A DNA stretch of 64,000 nucleotides from an uncultured Acidobacteriota bacterium (GCA_963796275.1 CAWCKY010000006.1:1696001-1760000), one strand, 5' to 3'. Shown: positions 10,511-21,530, numbered from the stretch's first letter. Notes: generated by a model from the sequence alone, not told the origin. Translations and numbers: made by a program.

Positions 10511-10792
10511 CTCTTTCAGCATATGGACACAGATCTAGAACTGATGACGCGCGAGCAGCTTGTTGCGGAAGTTAAGATGCTGCGGAATGGCATCCGCCAG
10601 CACCGCGACAGCACTAAACACGAATTGTGCTGGCATCACCCGGCGCTCTGGGGGTTGTTGCCGGAAAAGACCGACCCGATCCCTGTCGTGCCGGATTGGC
10701 CGCAATTCCTTCGAGGGTGTATTCAGTACCGGTTGTCTCTCGATGAGCAAGCGCCCGATGCGCCGCGAACTCAGGAACCTTTTAAAAGTTAG
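10505..10792 (+). CDS. Small hypothetical protein
   Basis: Contains HRDSTKHELCWHHPALWGLLPE...FLRGCIQYR. True start may be the second Met (MDTDL). Confidence 0.7.
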   Translation: MNLFQHMDTDLELMTREQLVAEVKMLRNGIRQHRDSTKHELCWHHPALWGLLPEKTDPIPVVPDWPQFLRGCIQYRLSLDEQAPDAPRTQEPFKS

Positions 10793-10855
10793 ATCTGCTC
10801 ATATCAGCTCATAGGCGTACCATCCAATCTGATATGGCAGATCTGCATAAATTCC

Positions 10856-10884
10856 TTGACACCCGTTCGGGTGATCTTCATACT
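10856..10884 (+). promoter_or_regulatory. Sigma-70-type promoter upstream of the MetE-like gene
   Basis: TTGACA-17 bp-CATACT, about 90 bp before the ATG at 10975. Confidence 0.55.
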
Positions 10885-10974
10885 TCGATTTCCGGAAAAC
10901 AGTACTGAAAAAATGGGCATCACGACGCTAAGCCGTAGCCGGGCTTGGATAAGTTTTTTATCTACAATTGAATT

Positions 10975-11979
10975 ATGACTGACCAGATCAAGACAACCGT
11001 AGTCGGGAGCTATCCGGTTCCGTCCTGGCTCATCGGCAATACTTCGCGCCTCGTTTTGCGCGATGCCGTGATGGTGGTTCTCAAGACCCAGGAGTTAGCC
11101 GGTCTCGACCTGATCGCCGATGGCGAGCTATCGCGTTTCGATCCGAGCCATCCCGAAACAAACGGCATGATCGACTACTTTGTGGGGCAGATGGAGGGCA
11201 TCCGGAAGCGCTTTTCGTTGGCTGAGCTCCAGCATTTTTATCACGACCGCGGCCTCGGGTATCGGTCGCTCCCGGCCGGCATGGTGATCAGCAAAGTCGA
11301 AGCGGGCACGTTGAATCTGGCCAAGGACTATGAGACGGTACGAGCGCTCACCTCGCTCCCACTCAAGTTCACCTGCACGGGGCCCCACATGTTGTCGCGC
11401 GTGCTCATCGATTGCTATTACAAGGAGCGAGCGGATCTGGCCATGGATATCGCTCAGGTGCTGCGCTGCCAGATGGAGTCGGTCGAGGCTGACGTGGTCC
11501 AGTTGGATGAGGCGAACATCGCCGGACATCCCGAAGACACAGTCTGGGCCGCCGATGCGATCAATTATGTGCTCGACGCCGTCCCCAACGAGACGGCTGT
11601 CCACATCTGTTTCGGGAACTATGGAGGACAGACGATTCAGCGCGGGTTCTGGCGCGACCTCATCCCATTTCTCAATAAGTTACACGCCGATCACCTGGTG
11701 CTGGAATTCGCGCGACGAGGATACGATGAGCTGGAAGTTTTTCGCGATCTTCACCCCAACATTCGCCTCGGCATCGGGGTCGTGGACATAAAGGACAATG
11801 AAATCGAGAGCCCGCAACTCATCGCCGCACGCATCGAGACGATCGTCAGGACGGTGGGTGAGGGCCGTCTCAAATACATCCATCCGGACTGTGGCTTTTG
11901 GATGCTCCATCGGAGCGTCGTCGACCGAAAGATGCGCGCGCTCGTCGAGGGGCGCGATCTATTCGAGGGCCGTCCCTGA
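10975..11979 (+). CDS. Cobalamin-independent methionine synthase catalytic-domain family protein (short MetE-like)
   Basis: TTVVGSYP, DGE, QLDE. Zn ligands in VHICFG, LEFA and PDCGF. Confidence 0.88.
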   Translation: MTDQIKTTVVGSYPVPSWLIGNTSRLVLRDAVMVVLKTQELAGLDLIADGELSRFDPSHPETNGMIDYFVGQMEGIRKRFSLAELQHFYHDRGLGYRSLPAGMVISKVEAGTLNLAKDYETVRALTSLPLKFTCTGPHMLSRVLIDCYYKERADLAMDIAQVLRCQMESVEADVVQLDEANIAGHPEDTVWAADAINYVLDAVPNETAVHICFGNYGGQTIQRGFWRDLIPFLNKLHADHLVLEFARRGYDELEVFRDLHPNIRLGIGVVDIKDNEIESPQLIAARIETIVRTVGEGRLKYIHPDCGFWMLHRSVVDRKMRALVEGRDLFEGRP

Positions 11980-11980
11980 G

Positions 11981-12070
11981 CATTTGTCATTGTTCAATTG
12001 TCAATTGTCATTGAGGGAACGCGACTTAACAAATGACAAATGACAAATGACAAATGAACAATGACAAATG
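11981..12070. repeat. Inverted pair of heptamer (AAATGAC/GTCATTT-like) tandem arrays
   Basis: catttgtcattgttcaattgtcaattgtcattg ... caaatgacaaatgacaaatgacaaatgaacaatgacaaatg. Confidence 0.85.
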
Positions 12071-13792
12071 GAAAATGAACCGATGTCTACCCAGGTTGAA
12101 AAAGTCGCTCCCCCGGAAGAAGAGCCGACCAGTGTCGAAAAGGTTGTTGTACGCACCGTGGTTTTTCAGCACCTGGCCGGCATCGTCCTGGCCCCCGTCA
12201 TTAAAGCGCTCGCGGATCGCGGCGTCTTTGCGATGCTGGGCGACGCTCCGGATGATGGCATAACTCTGAGCGAGATCGTGCAGCGGACCCGCGGAAATCG
12301 CGGTTATCTGCGTGTCGCTCTCCGTCTGCTCGTCTCCTGCGGTTGGATGCAACAAACGGGGCAAACGGGGCAAACGGGGCGATTTGACGCGAATGTTAGT
12401 AATGACTCTTATGATGCCCGATATGCGCTGACCCAAGAGGGCAAAATTGCGGTTTGGCTCGCTCCTCTCTACGGCGAAGTAGTCTCTTTCATCCCGAAGG
12501 CTCTCTTCCTCGACGATTTTCTATTTGGAAACTCCGACAGAGCCGTCCTTCCGCATCTTCAGGATCTCGTCCGTCGCGCCCGCGAACGCTGGAGCATTTA
12601 CACGGAAGGCGAGACGACGGCCGCCAAAGTCCATCGACAGACGGTTCGTTATCTGGACGGGATGCTCTTCGGGCCGGTGATGGTGGCGCTGGCGCGTGAG
12701 GGTATCTTCCGGCGCCTCGATGGTGCGACCGATGGTTTCGATCTGAGAGATCTTCCGGGAAATCCACGCTGCCTGGCGAGCGCATTCGATCTGCTTGCGC
12801 TGCAGGGGTGGATCGTGCGGGAGCAGAACCGCCTGCGAATGACGCCGGCTGGCCGATATGCCGCGCAGATCGCGACTTCGTATGGGGTTACTGTCTCGTA
12901 TTTACCGCTTTTCAACATGCTCGGCACGCTGTTATTCGGCAATGCGAAAATACCGCGGATCGATGAATCCGGCGGAGAGCTTATGGTCAATCGTGGAATG
13001 AACGTATGGGGCAGCGGAGGCGCGCACAACACATACTTCAAGAAGAGCGACGAGATCATCGTCGAGTTGTTCAATCGCCCCCTTGATCAGCAACCCCAGG
13101 GTATTTGTGATATGGGCTGCGGCGATGGTTCATTGCTCGATCATGTCTACACGATCGTCAAATCAGAAACGATTCGGGGGCGCTCGCTGGGCACCCACCC
13201 GCTTCTGCTCATCGGAGCCGACGTCAGCAAAGTTGCGCGCCGGATCACCAAGCAAAGACTGCGACAGGCGGGCGTCCCCGACTTTTATGTGATCCGCGGC
13301 GACATCAACCGCCCCGCCTATCTGGCGAACGAACTGGAGCAATTGGGGTTGGACATCCACAATCTTCTGCACGTTCGATCTTTTCTCGATCACAATCGCC
13401 CTTATCTTCCGCCCGCTAATTACATGCGCGGATCGCGCGCGGCGCGATCTACCGGTGCTTTCGCGTATCTCGGCGAGGAGATACCGGCGGACGAATTGGA
13501 AGAGAATCTGGCGCGCCACCTCCGTCGCTGGGCGCCGTACGTCGGGAGGTTCGGCTTGCTCGTGATGGAGCTTCACACGCTACCTCCGGCTGTGACAGCG
13601 GCTAATCTAGATCGGACGCTGGCTGTCGCATACGATGCTACTCATGGGTTTTCCGATCAATACCTGATCGAGCTCGATGTGTTTCTCGCATGCGCGCGTG
13701 AAGCGGGATTGGTGGCCGATGCGAGATTCCAGGCTATGTTTCCGCCTTCGGATCTAGCTACTGTAAGCGTCAATTTTTTTACGGCTTCTTAG
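12068..13792 (+). CDS. Class I SAM methyltransferase related to the AprA polyketide loading-module MT1, with winged-helix N-terminal region
   Basis: ICDMGCGDG SAM motif, GDINRP, HVRSFLDHNR, ELH and YDATHGFSDQY. Confidence 0.75.
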   Translation: MENEPMSTQVEKVAPPEEEPTSVEKVVVRTVVFQHLAGIVLAPVIKALADRGVFAMLGDAPDDGITLSEIVQRTRGNRGYLRVALRLLVSCGWMQQTGQTGQTGRFDANVSNDSYDARYALTQEGKIAVWLAPLYGEVVSFIPKALFLDDFLFGNSDRAVLPHLQDLVRRARERWSIYTEGETTAAKVHRQTVRYLDGMLFGPVMVALAREGIFRRLDGATDGFDLRDLPGNPRCLASAFDLLALQGWIVREQNRLRMTPAGRYAAQIATSYGVTVSYLPLFNMLGTLLFGNAKIPRIDESGGELMVNRGMNVWGSGGAHNTYFKKSDEIIVELFNRPLDQQPQGICDMGCGDGSLLDHVYTIVKSETIRGRSLGTHPLLLIGADVSKVARRITKQRLRQAGVPDFYVIRGDINRPAYLANELEQLGLDIHNLLHVRSFLDHNRPYLPPANYMRGSRAARSTGAFAYLGEEIPADELEENLARHLRRWAPYVGRFGLLVMELHTLPPAVTAANLDRTLAVAYDATHGFSDQYLIELDVFLACAREAGLVADARFQAMFPPSDLATVSVNFFTAS

Positions 13793-13857
13793 CCAAATCT
13801 TCACAATATACAGAGAGGAAATCTTCAAATCTCAAATTTGAGTATCTAAATCTAAAA

Positions 13858-14694
13858 ATGCGTGCTATCGATATTCATATACATGTCCCGGAACCGCAGG
13901 GCAATCACGGAAACCAGGAGATGGAAAATATGGCCGGGTATTTCAAGGCGGGTGAAATAGCCCACTCGCCCGCTCAAATGTATGAAAAGTACAGGGCGTT
14001 GGATATTTTCGGAGTCATCTTCTCGATTGATTCGGAGACCCATCAGGGAGGCCGCTTTGTTGGCAATGATTATGTGGCTGACGTTGTCAGAAGCTACCCC
14101 AACCAGTTTCTGGGGTTCGCCTCGGTAGACCCGTGGAAGGGGGCGCTGGCCGTTAAAGAGTTGGAGCGAGCCGTGAAAGAATTGGGACTGCGTGGGCTCA
14201 AGCTCCACCCGATCGCTCAGGCATTCTTTCCGAATGACACGCGCTTCTATCCGCTGTGGGAAAAATGCCAGGAGCTTGGCGTCCCCCTCATATCACATAC
14301 GGGACAAACCGGAGTCGGCGCGGGCAAACCGGGCGGTGGCGGATTTAAGCTCAAGTATGCTCATCCGCTTCATCTCGATGACGTGGCCGCTGATTTTCCC
14401 GACCTGATAATTATCATGGCCCACCCGGCAGTGCCCTGGCAGGAAGAACAACTTGCCGTAGCTATGCACAAGGCCAACGTCTACATCGACCTGTCGGGTT
14501 GGTCGCCCAAGTACTTCAGACCGGTCCTGGTTCAATACGCGAACAGTATTCTTCAGGATAAAGTCATGTTCGGGTCCGATTATCCGGTGCTTCAACCTGA
14601 ACGCTGGCTCAAGGACTTCGAGACCATAGCGATAAAAGAGGAAGTGCGCCATAAAATTTTACTCGAGAACGCTCGCAAGCTTCTTAAGATATGA
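13858..14694 (+). CDS. Amidohydrolase family 2 metal-dependent hydrolase
   Basis: IDIHIH, GLKLHP, HTG, MAHP, DLSGW, FGSDYP. Confidence 0.9.
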   Translation: MRAIDIHIHVPEPQGNHGNQEMENMAGYFKAGEIAHSPAQMYEKYRALDIFGVIFSIDSETHQGGRFVGNDYVADVVRSYPNQFLGFASVDPWKGALAVKELERAVKELGLRGLKLHPIAQAFFPNDTRFYPLWEKCQELGVPLISHTGQTGVGAGKPGGGGFKLKYAHPLHLDDVAADFPDLIIIMAHPAVPWQEEQLAVAMHKANVYIDLSGWSPKYFRPVLVQYANSILQDKVMFGSDYPVLQPERWLKDFETIAIKEEVRHKILLENARKLLKI

Positions 14695-15029
14695 ATGCAA
14701 GGTAGCAGCTTACCAAATTTGCAATTTCAGCCGCATTCGCGGCAATTTGGCTACTGCCCCGGAGCCTGCCGAGGCGCTCTTTCACGGCCGTGAAACCATA
14801 TGAAGTCGTATCCAGCCCCAACTGACATTGCAGACTGGCGCATACGGTGAAAGGTATTGCTTGGCATCCAGCGCGGCGACCTTTATATTTTAGACATCCC
14901 GAGTTCGAGGAAAGTGCTGAAAGAGATATTTGCCGAAATCCTGGCGGCATTGCCCGAGGGAGAGGCCTACCCTCGGCGCCTGGCTTTCGAGGAAGGGCGT
15001 CGTAAAGCGAAGGCTAACCTTGAGGTGTC

Positions 15030-15992
15030 ATGAAACGCTTTCTGCAGATGATCATATCGGTCGCGTTGATTTGGTATCTGGGGGGGAGCCCTGTTCAATG
15101 TCAGGCGCGCGAGCCAGTGCAACAGCCGGAGACGATCAGAGTCGATACATCATTGGTGACGGTACCGGTGACAGTGACGGACAGCGATGGCCGTTTCGTG
15201 ACAGGGCTGACGCGGACGGATTTCCTGATATCCGAGGACGGCAGAGCCCAGGAAATAGCAACATTCATGGCCACCGATGCACCCTTCAGCGTCGCACTAC
15301 TGATTGATACCAGCCGCAGCACGCTCGAGAATCTGGAGTTGATCCGCAATGCAGCGATCGGATTCATCAAACAGTTACAGCCACAGGATCGAGTTCTGAT
15401 TGTAACATTTGATGAAAAGGTCAACTTTCTCGGCGACTTCACCAGCGATCGCGGCCAACTCCAGCGCATGATCAAACGCATCAGGAGCAACTATTTGACT
15501 CGGATTTACGACGCAATCTCGCTCACGATCAACGATAAGCTCATGCCTATCAAGGGTCGCAAAGCCATTGTCGTCTTCAGCGATGGGGTAGACACGTTGA
15601 GTGGGCAGGCTACCTATGAGAGCACGCTCGAACTGGTAGCGCGCTCCGGCATTCCGGTTTATGCGGTGCAATACAGGGCTCCCATCTACCCCGACCAGCG
15701 TGATCGAATGCTGGCGCAGATCGAACGGCAGCGCACTGCCATCAAATTTCTCCGTGCGCTTGCGCAAATATCCGGCGCACGACCTATGCAGGCTGATCTG
15801 ATAGCGAACGCAATACAGACCTTCGCGCTCATCGCGGATGAGCTACGCCATCAATACACGTTGGAATATTACTCGACCAACGATCAGCGCGATGGCAGTT
15901 ATCGCTCGATCGCGGTGAGCCTCAAACGAAATGACCTGACAGTACGCACGCGGCGGGGCTATACAGCCGCCCCCAAGGCCGATACCCGGTGA
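15030..15992 (+). CDS. Exported VWA domain protein (acidobacterial VWFA-related type)
   Basis: Signal peptide, IRVDTSLVTVPVTV, MIDAS DTSRS, FSDG, ELRHQYTLEY, RTRRGY. Confidence 0.88.
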   Translation: MKRFLQMIISVALIWYLGGSPVQCQAREPVQQPETIRVDTSLVTVPVTVTDSDGRFVTGLTRTDFLISEDGRAQEIATFMATDAPFSVALLIDTSRSTLENLELIRNAAIGFIKQLQPQDRVLIVTFDEKVNFLGDFTSDRGQLQRMIKRIRSNYLTRIYDAISLTINDKLMPIKGRKAIVVFSDGVDTLSGQATYESTLELVARSGIPVYAVQYRAPIYPDQRDRMLAQIERQRTAIKFLRALAQISGARPMQADLIANAIQTFALIADELRHQYTLEYYSTNDQRDGSYRSIAVSLKRNDLTVRTRRGYTAAPKADTR

Positions 15993-16179
15993 GCTGAATA
16001 GGCGGCAAAAAGGGTTTAAACAAATGCCTCGCCGCCGAGTATGGTTTGGTATAGAGTGTGATAACTATCACGGTTTTGCCACTCGGAGCGTTTGTTGGTA
16101 GCATACCGCTGAACGACTTGCCAGAAAGGGGTGCCGCGATGTTAATTTACGCGTCTCTTACCTGGCAGAGATCGTCTCC

Positions 16180-16537
16180 TTGCCGGCCTCCGTATCATTC
16201 CCCCTGATGCCGAATCCGCATCAGCTATTGCTGTTTCTGAGCTCGGACTCTTCTGTCTGTCCTGGCTTGTGGGGGCCGATGAATGCCGCGCTTCAGATCA
16301 TCACTCCCAATCAGATGCGTGGTCAGATTACAAACGCTCTACCTGTTCATTTTCAACATCATCGGATTCGGATTAGGTCCGACCGTTGTCGCGTTGTTTA
16401 CCGATTACGATTTCGGTGCCGAGAGCCAGATCGGATACTCCCTGTCCTCCGCTGCCGTTCCTTTGTCCTGCTGGGAGCGCTGGTTATCTGGCTGGCCTAA
16501 AGCTTTCAGCATCGCCCAGGCGAGGTCCTGGATTTGA
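16180..16537 (+). pseudogene. Frameshifted C-terminal remnant of an MFS (spinster-like) transporter
   Basis: GPMNAALQIITPNQMRGQIT in one frame and YLFIFNIIGFGLGPTVVALFTD in the next. No N-terminal half. Confidence 0.6.
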
Positions 16538-16731
16538 GAGGCGGGGTTTGAAGCTCCAAATCAATGGGTATGCGGATTTATAGAGAGCAAGAGAGTTTAT
16601 CCGCATCAATCCGCTTTATCCGCATCAGCTGATCCCCCATTGACTTGCCTTTGGTTAAATGTGTCCCGCCCTGATATCTGTCGCCCCACATCAACTAAGA
16701 ACAACCACCCGTTGTCTAAGGAGAAGAAAAA

Positions 16732-19716
16732 ATGAAACGGAAAGACACAGTGACATGGCTAATATTGCTTTTATTTTTCACGTTAACGCTTTACCACAAT
16801 ATTTATGCGCAACTCGGTACATCCGGGGTTAGCGGCGTGGTATTGGACCCGAACGGCGCCGCTTTGGTTAATGCGAACGTGACGATAAAGAACAAGGCGA
16901 CTGGACAAACGAGGGAAACGACGAGCGGAACCGATGGGATATACAAGCTGCAAAACCTCGCACCGGCAGTCTACGAGGTCAGAGTAACAGCTCAGGGTTT
17001 CGCGCCGGCCCATGTCGATAACATTTCGGTTGGCGTCGGCGAGATTCCGACTATCAACGTATCGCTCAAGATCACCGGTACCTCTGAGATTTTGGAGATC
17101 TCGGCAAGCGATGCGATCGGTGTAGACACGACCACATCGCAGGTCTCCAGCTCTATTTCAGACCGCACGTTGGCGAATCTACCGCTCAACGGCCGCAACT
17201 TTCTTGAGCTCGCGTTCCTGCTTCCGGGCAACCGTCCGGCGCCCAATTTCGATCCGACCAAAACTACGACAATCGAGGTTTCATCAGCTGGCCAGCTCGG
17301 GCGCGGTGGCAATCTCGCGGTGGATGGTGCGGACAATAATGATGACGTGGTCGGCGGGACGCTTCAGAACTTCCCGCAAGACGGCGTTCAAGAGTTCCAG
17401 ATTATCACCAATCGCTTCTCCGCGGATATCGGCCGTTCGGCCTCATCGGCGATCAACATCGTGACCAAGGGCGGTTCGAATGGGTTTCATGGCGCGGCAG
17501 GATTCTATTTCAGACACGACGCGCTCTCGGCGCTTCCCGCGACGCTCGATCGCAATGTCGTCAGCACGCTGGGCCGGCCGGATTTCGATCGTGAGCAGTA
17601 CGCCGGATCTCTCGGCGGTCCCATCAAACGCGACAAGGCATGGTTCTTCACGGCGTTTGAGTATCGCAAACAGGATGCCGTGATTCTGACGGGAGTGCGC
17701 GATTTGGCAACGCAGTCGGTATTGAACAGCTTTTCACCTGCGCCGCTGCGCGACACGCTGCTGACTGGACGCGGCGACTGGCAGGTGGCGACAGCGGACC
17801 GCATGGCATTCCGCTACTCGCTGCAGCGTGAAAACGATATCGATCGCGGCAGTCTCGCCCGGCCGATAGGCACGGCCGATAACCGGCAGCGGTCCTTCAA
17901 CAACTATCAGTCGTTTGTCTACAACTGGACGCACACCTTCTCACCGCGCCTGCTCAACGATTTCGTGTTCCACGAAAACAATTTCATCAACCAGATTCCG
18001 ACGTTCGCCGCGGGGATCAATGAGTTACGCTTCTCCACGGTGCAGGATGGCGGTAACTTCCGCATACCGCAGCGGACACGCCAGAATCGGATTCAGTTGC
18101 GCGACAACGTGAGCTGGACGGCCGGAAACCACGCATTCAAATTCGGCGGAGAGTTCCAGAAGCTCGATGCCGATGCGATCTTCGATCTGTATGGATCGGG
18201 CACGATAAATCTCACGCAAAACTTCGCTACACAAGACCGTAACGGCGACGGGCTGATAAATGATTTTGACATTCCGATTGCTAGTACGACCCGCTCGGCT
18301 GCCCCAAGCCGACCGCCGTTTGTCCCTGACCTGGATAACAAATTCTTCGCCTTCTACGTGCAGGATGATTGGAAGGTGCGGCCCAACTTTACGCTCAATC
18401 TCGGGCTGCGCTACGAACTCGACACGAACACGAAGAACATCGCCACTTACAACACGATCAATCCGATCGTGGCTCCTTTCCTGCAAGGTGAACGCGGTAA
18501 GGACAAGAACAATTTCGGCCCGCGCATCGGCTTCAATTGGGATCCGTGGCGGGAGGGGCGCACCTCGATTCGCGGCGGTTATGGCATCTATTATGACCGG
18601 GTCATACTCGAGGTTGGGCTGCTCGAACGCCTGCTCGATGGGCGCACATTACCTCTCGAAGTGCGCACCGGGTCGCTGACCAATGCGGCTGGCATGTTTC
18701 TGCCCGGAACACCGACGCTGCAAAACCCATTCACCGGCACGCCGATCGCAGGTGCGGGCGCTACCGGCATAAATTTAATCGATAACCAGATGGGCACGCC
18801 TTACGTGCAGCAGTTCAACTTCGGCGTACAGCACGAGATCACGCGCGACCTGGTGATCTCGCTGGATGGCATTCACTCATTCGGTTCGAGCTTCATCATC
18901 GGCCGCTCCATCGGCACTGTGCCCAACCCGGTAGTTTTAGGGGTTGAATCGGTCGTCAATATCGAATCATCAGTCAAGACCTGGTACGACGCGCTGCTGG
19001 TCAATGTGCAAAAACGCTATTCCAATCGTTTCAGTTTGAATGCGTCTTACACGTTCGCGAAGTCGCTCAACTATTCGAACGATGATCAGATACCGTTTCA
19101 GGTTGGACCATTGGATCCGGCTCGGATGTTTTTGGAGAAAGGGCCGGTGCCCAATGATGAGCGCCATCGCTTCACCTTCGCCGGAGTTTATGATGCAAAA
19201 TGGGGCATTCAAATCTCGCCGATCTTCACGCTGGCATCGGACGTCCCGTACGACATCGTCATTAATAGGTTCAATCCTAACGACACTAACCCGAACAGGC
19301 AGTCGACCGGTACATCGCGCATTCCGGACCTCCAGCGCGACGCTGCTGGCCGAACATTCCGTACCGGAGCAGAGCTCAACCAGTTTCTTACGCAACTAAA
19401 TGCTGCGGGCGGCGTGGATGGGAGGTCGCTGCCGTTGGTTCAGGATGATCTGAGCTTCGGTGACAGCTTCCAATCTATCGATCTGCGTCTGAGCAAGGCA
19501 TTCAGGATAAGAGAAGGGATGACTATTCAAGGGATCGCCGAGGTATTCAATCTCTTCAACGTAACGAACATTCGCGGCGTGAACAACGTCAACTACTCCG
19601 GTTTCCAAAACAATCTCGATGCGGCGAATTTCGGCTCGCCAATCCAAACGGCAGGCGGAGTATTTGGAACCGGCGGCCCGCGGGCGTTTCAGTTCGCCGC
19701 GCGCTTCCAGTTTTGA
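16732..19716 (+). CDS. TonB-dependent receptor (Oar-like)
   Basis: AAGGAG RBS, signal peptide, LPLNGRNF, YVQDDW, NNFGPRIG, and C-terminal FQFAARFQF. Confidence 0.92.
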   Translation: MKRKDTVTWLILLLFFTLTLYHNIYAQLGTSGVSGVVLDPNGAALVNANVTIKNKATGQTRETTSGTDGIYKLQNLAPAVYEVRVTAQGFAPAHVDNISVGVGEIPTINVSLKITGTSEILEISASDAIGVDTTTSQVSSSISDRTLANLPLNGRNFLELAFLLPGNRPAPNFDPTKTTTIEVSSAGQLGRGGNLAVDGADNNDDVVGGTLQNFPQDGVQEFQIITNRFSADIGRSASSAINIVTKGGSNGFHGAAGFYFRHDALSALPATLDRNVVSTLGRPDFDREQYAGSLGGPIKRDKAWFFTAFEYRKQDAVILTGVRDLATQSVLNSFSPAPLRDTLLTGRGDWQVATADRMAFRYSLQRENDIDRGSLARPIGTADNRQRSFNNYQSFVYNWTHTFSPRLLNDFVFHENNFINQIPTFAAGINELRFSTVQDGGNFRIPQRTRQNRIQLRDNVSWTAGNHAFKFGGEFQKLDADAIFDLYGSGTINLTQNFATQDRNGDGLINDFDIPIASTTRSAAPSRPPFVPDLDNKFFAFYVQDDWKVRPNFTLNLGLRYELDTNTKNIATYNTINPIVAPFLQGERGKDKNNFGPRIGFNWDPWREGRTSIRGGYGIYYDRVILEVGLLERLLDGRTLPLEVRTGSLTNAAGMFLPGTPTLQNPFTGTPIAGAGATGINLIDNQMGTPYVQQFNFGVQHEITRDLVISLDGIHSFGSSFIIGRSIGTVPNPVVLGVESVVNIESSVKTWYDALLVNVQKRYSNRFSLNASYTFAKSLNYSNDDQIPFQVGPLDPARMFLEKGPVPNDERHRFTFAGVYDAKWGIQISPIFTLASDVPYDIVINRFNPNDTNPNRQSTGTSRIPDLQRDAAGRTFRTGAELNQFLTQLNAAGGVDGRSLPLVQDDLSFGDSFQSIDLRLSKAFRIREGMTIQGIAEVFNLFNVTNIRGVNNVNYSGFQNNLDAANFGSPIQTAGGVFGTGGPRAFQFAARFQF

Positions 19717-19872
19717 TTGAGAAGCTATTGCACAAAAAAACACAAAATAGACAGAAGGCACAACCTTGTGAATTTTGTCTATTTTGTGTTTTGGGTGGTT
19801 AATCTACCATTATCTGAGAGGAGAGCCGAGAGTTTTTAACTGCCCTCCTCATTTTTAAGTTGGAGATAAGTA

Positions 19873-21198
19873 GTGAAACGAACAGTCGGATATCTGTTAG
19901 TAGCGATGTTCATCCTCAAGCCCGTCCTTGCGGAGGACTGGCCCGAATGGCGCGGCAAAGGCCGAAAGGGAATTTGGACCGAGTCCGGCATTCTGGATAA
20001 GTTCCCGGAGGAAGGTTTGACTCCGGTCTGGCGCACTCCGCTGCACGGGGGCTTCGCGGGGCCCGCCGTAGCGGCGGGACGCGTGTTCGTGACTGACTTC
20101 CGACGATCTGCCGGAAAGAAGGGAACTGAGCGCGCCATTTGCCTCGACGAAAAATCGGGCAAGATTATATGGACACGCGAATGGGAAGCAGACTATCAGG
20201 GCATCAGCTACGATAACGGGCCGCGCGCAACGCCGACGGTCGATGGCGACCGCGTCTATATCGTCGGCGGGAGCGGTAAGCTGCTCTGCCTCGACTCGCG
20301 AACGGGAAAGGTGATCTGGCAAAAAGATTACACAAAGGATTACGGGATGCAGATGCCGGCCTGGGGAATAGCTAGTTCGGCTCTGGTCGATGGCGACCGC
20401 TTGATCGCCATCGTCGGCGGCCAGCCGGATGCGAAAGTGATGGCGTTCGACAAAATGACCGGAAAGGAGGTCTGGCGGGCGCTACCCTCAGATTCCGAGC
20501 AGGGCTACTCCCAGCCGATATTGGTCGAGGCCGGAGGTATCCGGCAGTTGATCATCTGGCATCCGGATGCGGTGGTTTCACTAAATCCGGCAACCGGAGC
20601 GATAAACTGGCAGCAGCCGTTCCGCATCAATCTGGGCGTGACGCTGTCGACGCCTGTCGTGAGCGGATCGCGCCTTCTCGTTTCTTCTTTCTATAATGGC
20701 TCGATGCTGATCGATCTCGCTCGAATGAAAGGGAGCGTTATCTGGAAGGGCAAAAGCGCAAGCGAGATCAATACCGACGGCCTCCATACAGTCGTCAACA
20801 CACCGGTCATCGATGGCGACTACATTTACGGAATCTGCAGTTATGGGCAGTTTCGCTGCCTTAACTTGAAGACCGGAGAGCGCGTCTGGGAGACGTTGGA
20901 AGTTACGAAGGAGAAAGCTCGCTGGGCATCCGGATTTATCGTCCGCCACGGGGCAAACGTGGCAAACGTGGCAGGCGACCGTTACTTCATCAACAACGAC
21001 AGGGGCGAACTGATCATCGCGAACTTATCGGCGAAGGGCTATCAGGAGATCAGCCGGACCCAACTGATCAAGCCTACTACAAACCCCGGAAACCGCCGCG
21101 CCCTCGGCGTAGTGAACTGGTCGCATCCGGCATATGCGAACCGCCACATAATCGCGCGTAACGATGAAGAGATCATTTCTGTGTCGCTTAAGAAGTGA
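19873..21198 (+). CDS. PQQ-binding-like beta-propeller repeat protein, exported
   Basis: Signal peptide then AEDWPEWRG, GPRATP, repeated CLD-x-xGK-x-xW, and WSHPA. Confidence 0.88.
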   Translation: MKRTVGYLLVAMFILKPVLAEDWPEWRGKGRKGIWTESGILDKFPEEGLTPVWRTPLHGGFAGPAVAAGRVFVTDFRRSAGKKGTERAICLDEKSGKIIWTREWEADYQGISYDNGPRATPTVDGDRVYIVGGSGKLLCLDSRTGKVIWQKDYTKDYGMQMPAWGIASSALVDGDRLIAIVGGQPDAKVMAFDKMTGKEVWRALPSDSEQGYSQPILVEAGGIRQLIIWHPDAVVSLNPATGAINWQQPFRINLGVTLSTPVVSGSRLLVSSFYNGSMLIDLARMKGSVIWKGKSASEINTDGLHTVVNTPVIDGDYIYGICSYGQFRCLNLKTGERVWETLEVTKEKARWASGFIVRHGANVANVAGDRYFINNDRGELIIANLSAKGYQEISRTQLIKPTTNPGNRRALGVVNWSHPAYANRHIIARNDEEIISVSLKK

Positions 21199-21255
21199 AG
21201 AACCACGTATTCTCTCGGATGCGATGGATTTTCACGGATTTATATTAAGCAGGTG

Positions 21256-21530
21256 GGGTGGAATTAAAGTTTAACAGAATCGACGGTCTGGCAGCTCAGC
21301 GCCGGAGGCGAGCAATGTCTATAGTTCACGGACCTGATCGTAAACCCAAGCTCCGGAAGGAGCGAAATGTGACTGCGGCCCACATTTCGCTCCTTCCGGA
21401 GCTTGCGAGATTTGGGTGATCGAATACTATAAACATCAGGCTCCTCCGGAGCCAATCAGAACTGCAATCAGGACTACCGTTAGAACTGCGATCAGAACTG
21501 ATTGATAACAAACAGCTTTAATTTGCACCC
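21256..21530. repeat. Nested palindromic REP/MITE-like element between convergent genes
   Basis: Central hairpin aagctccggaaggagcgaaatgtg...cacatttcgctccttccggagctt. Outer imperfect inverted repeat gggtggaattaaagtt / agctttaatttgcaccc. Confidence 0.7.

Noticed and set aside
10885-10974. Riboswitch (SAM or c-di-GMP) upstream of the MetE-like gene
   Set aside because: Only a partial gacgctaagcc resemblance. I could not build the conserved stems; an Rfam search would settle it.
14800-15033. Reading frame with an internal TGA upstream of the VWA gene (selenoprotein?)
   Set aside because: No recognisable family, redox motif or SECIS. More likely decayed or non-coding sequence.
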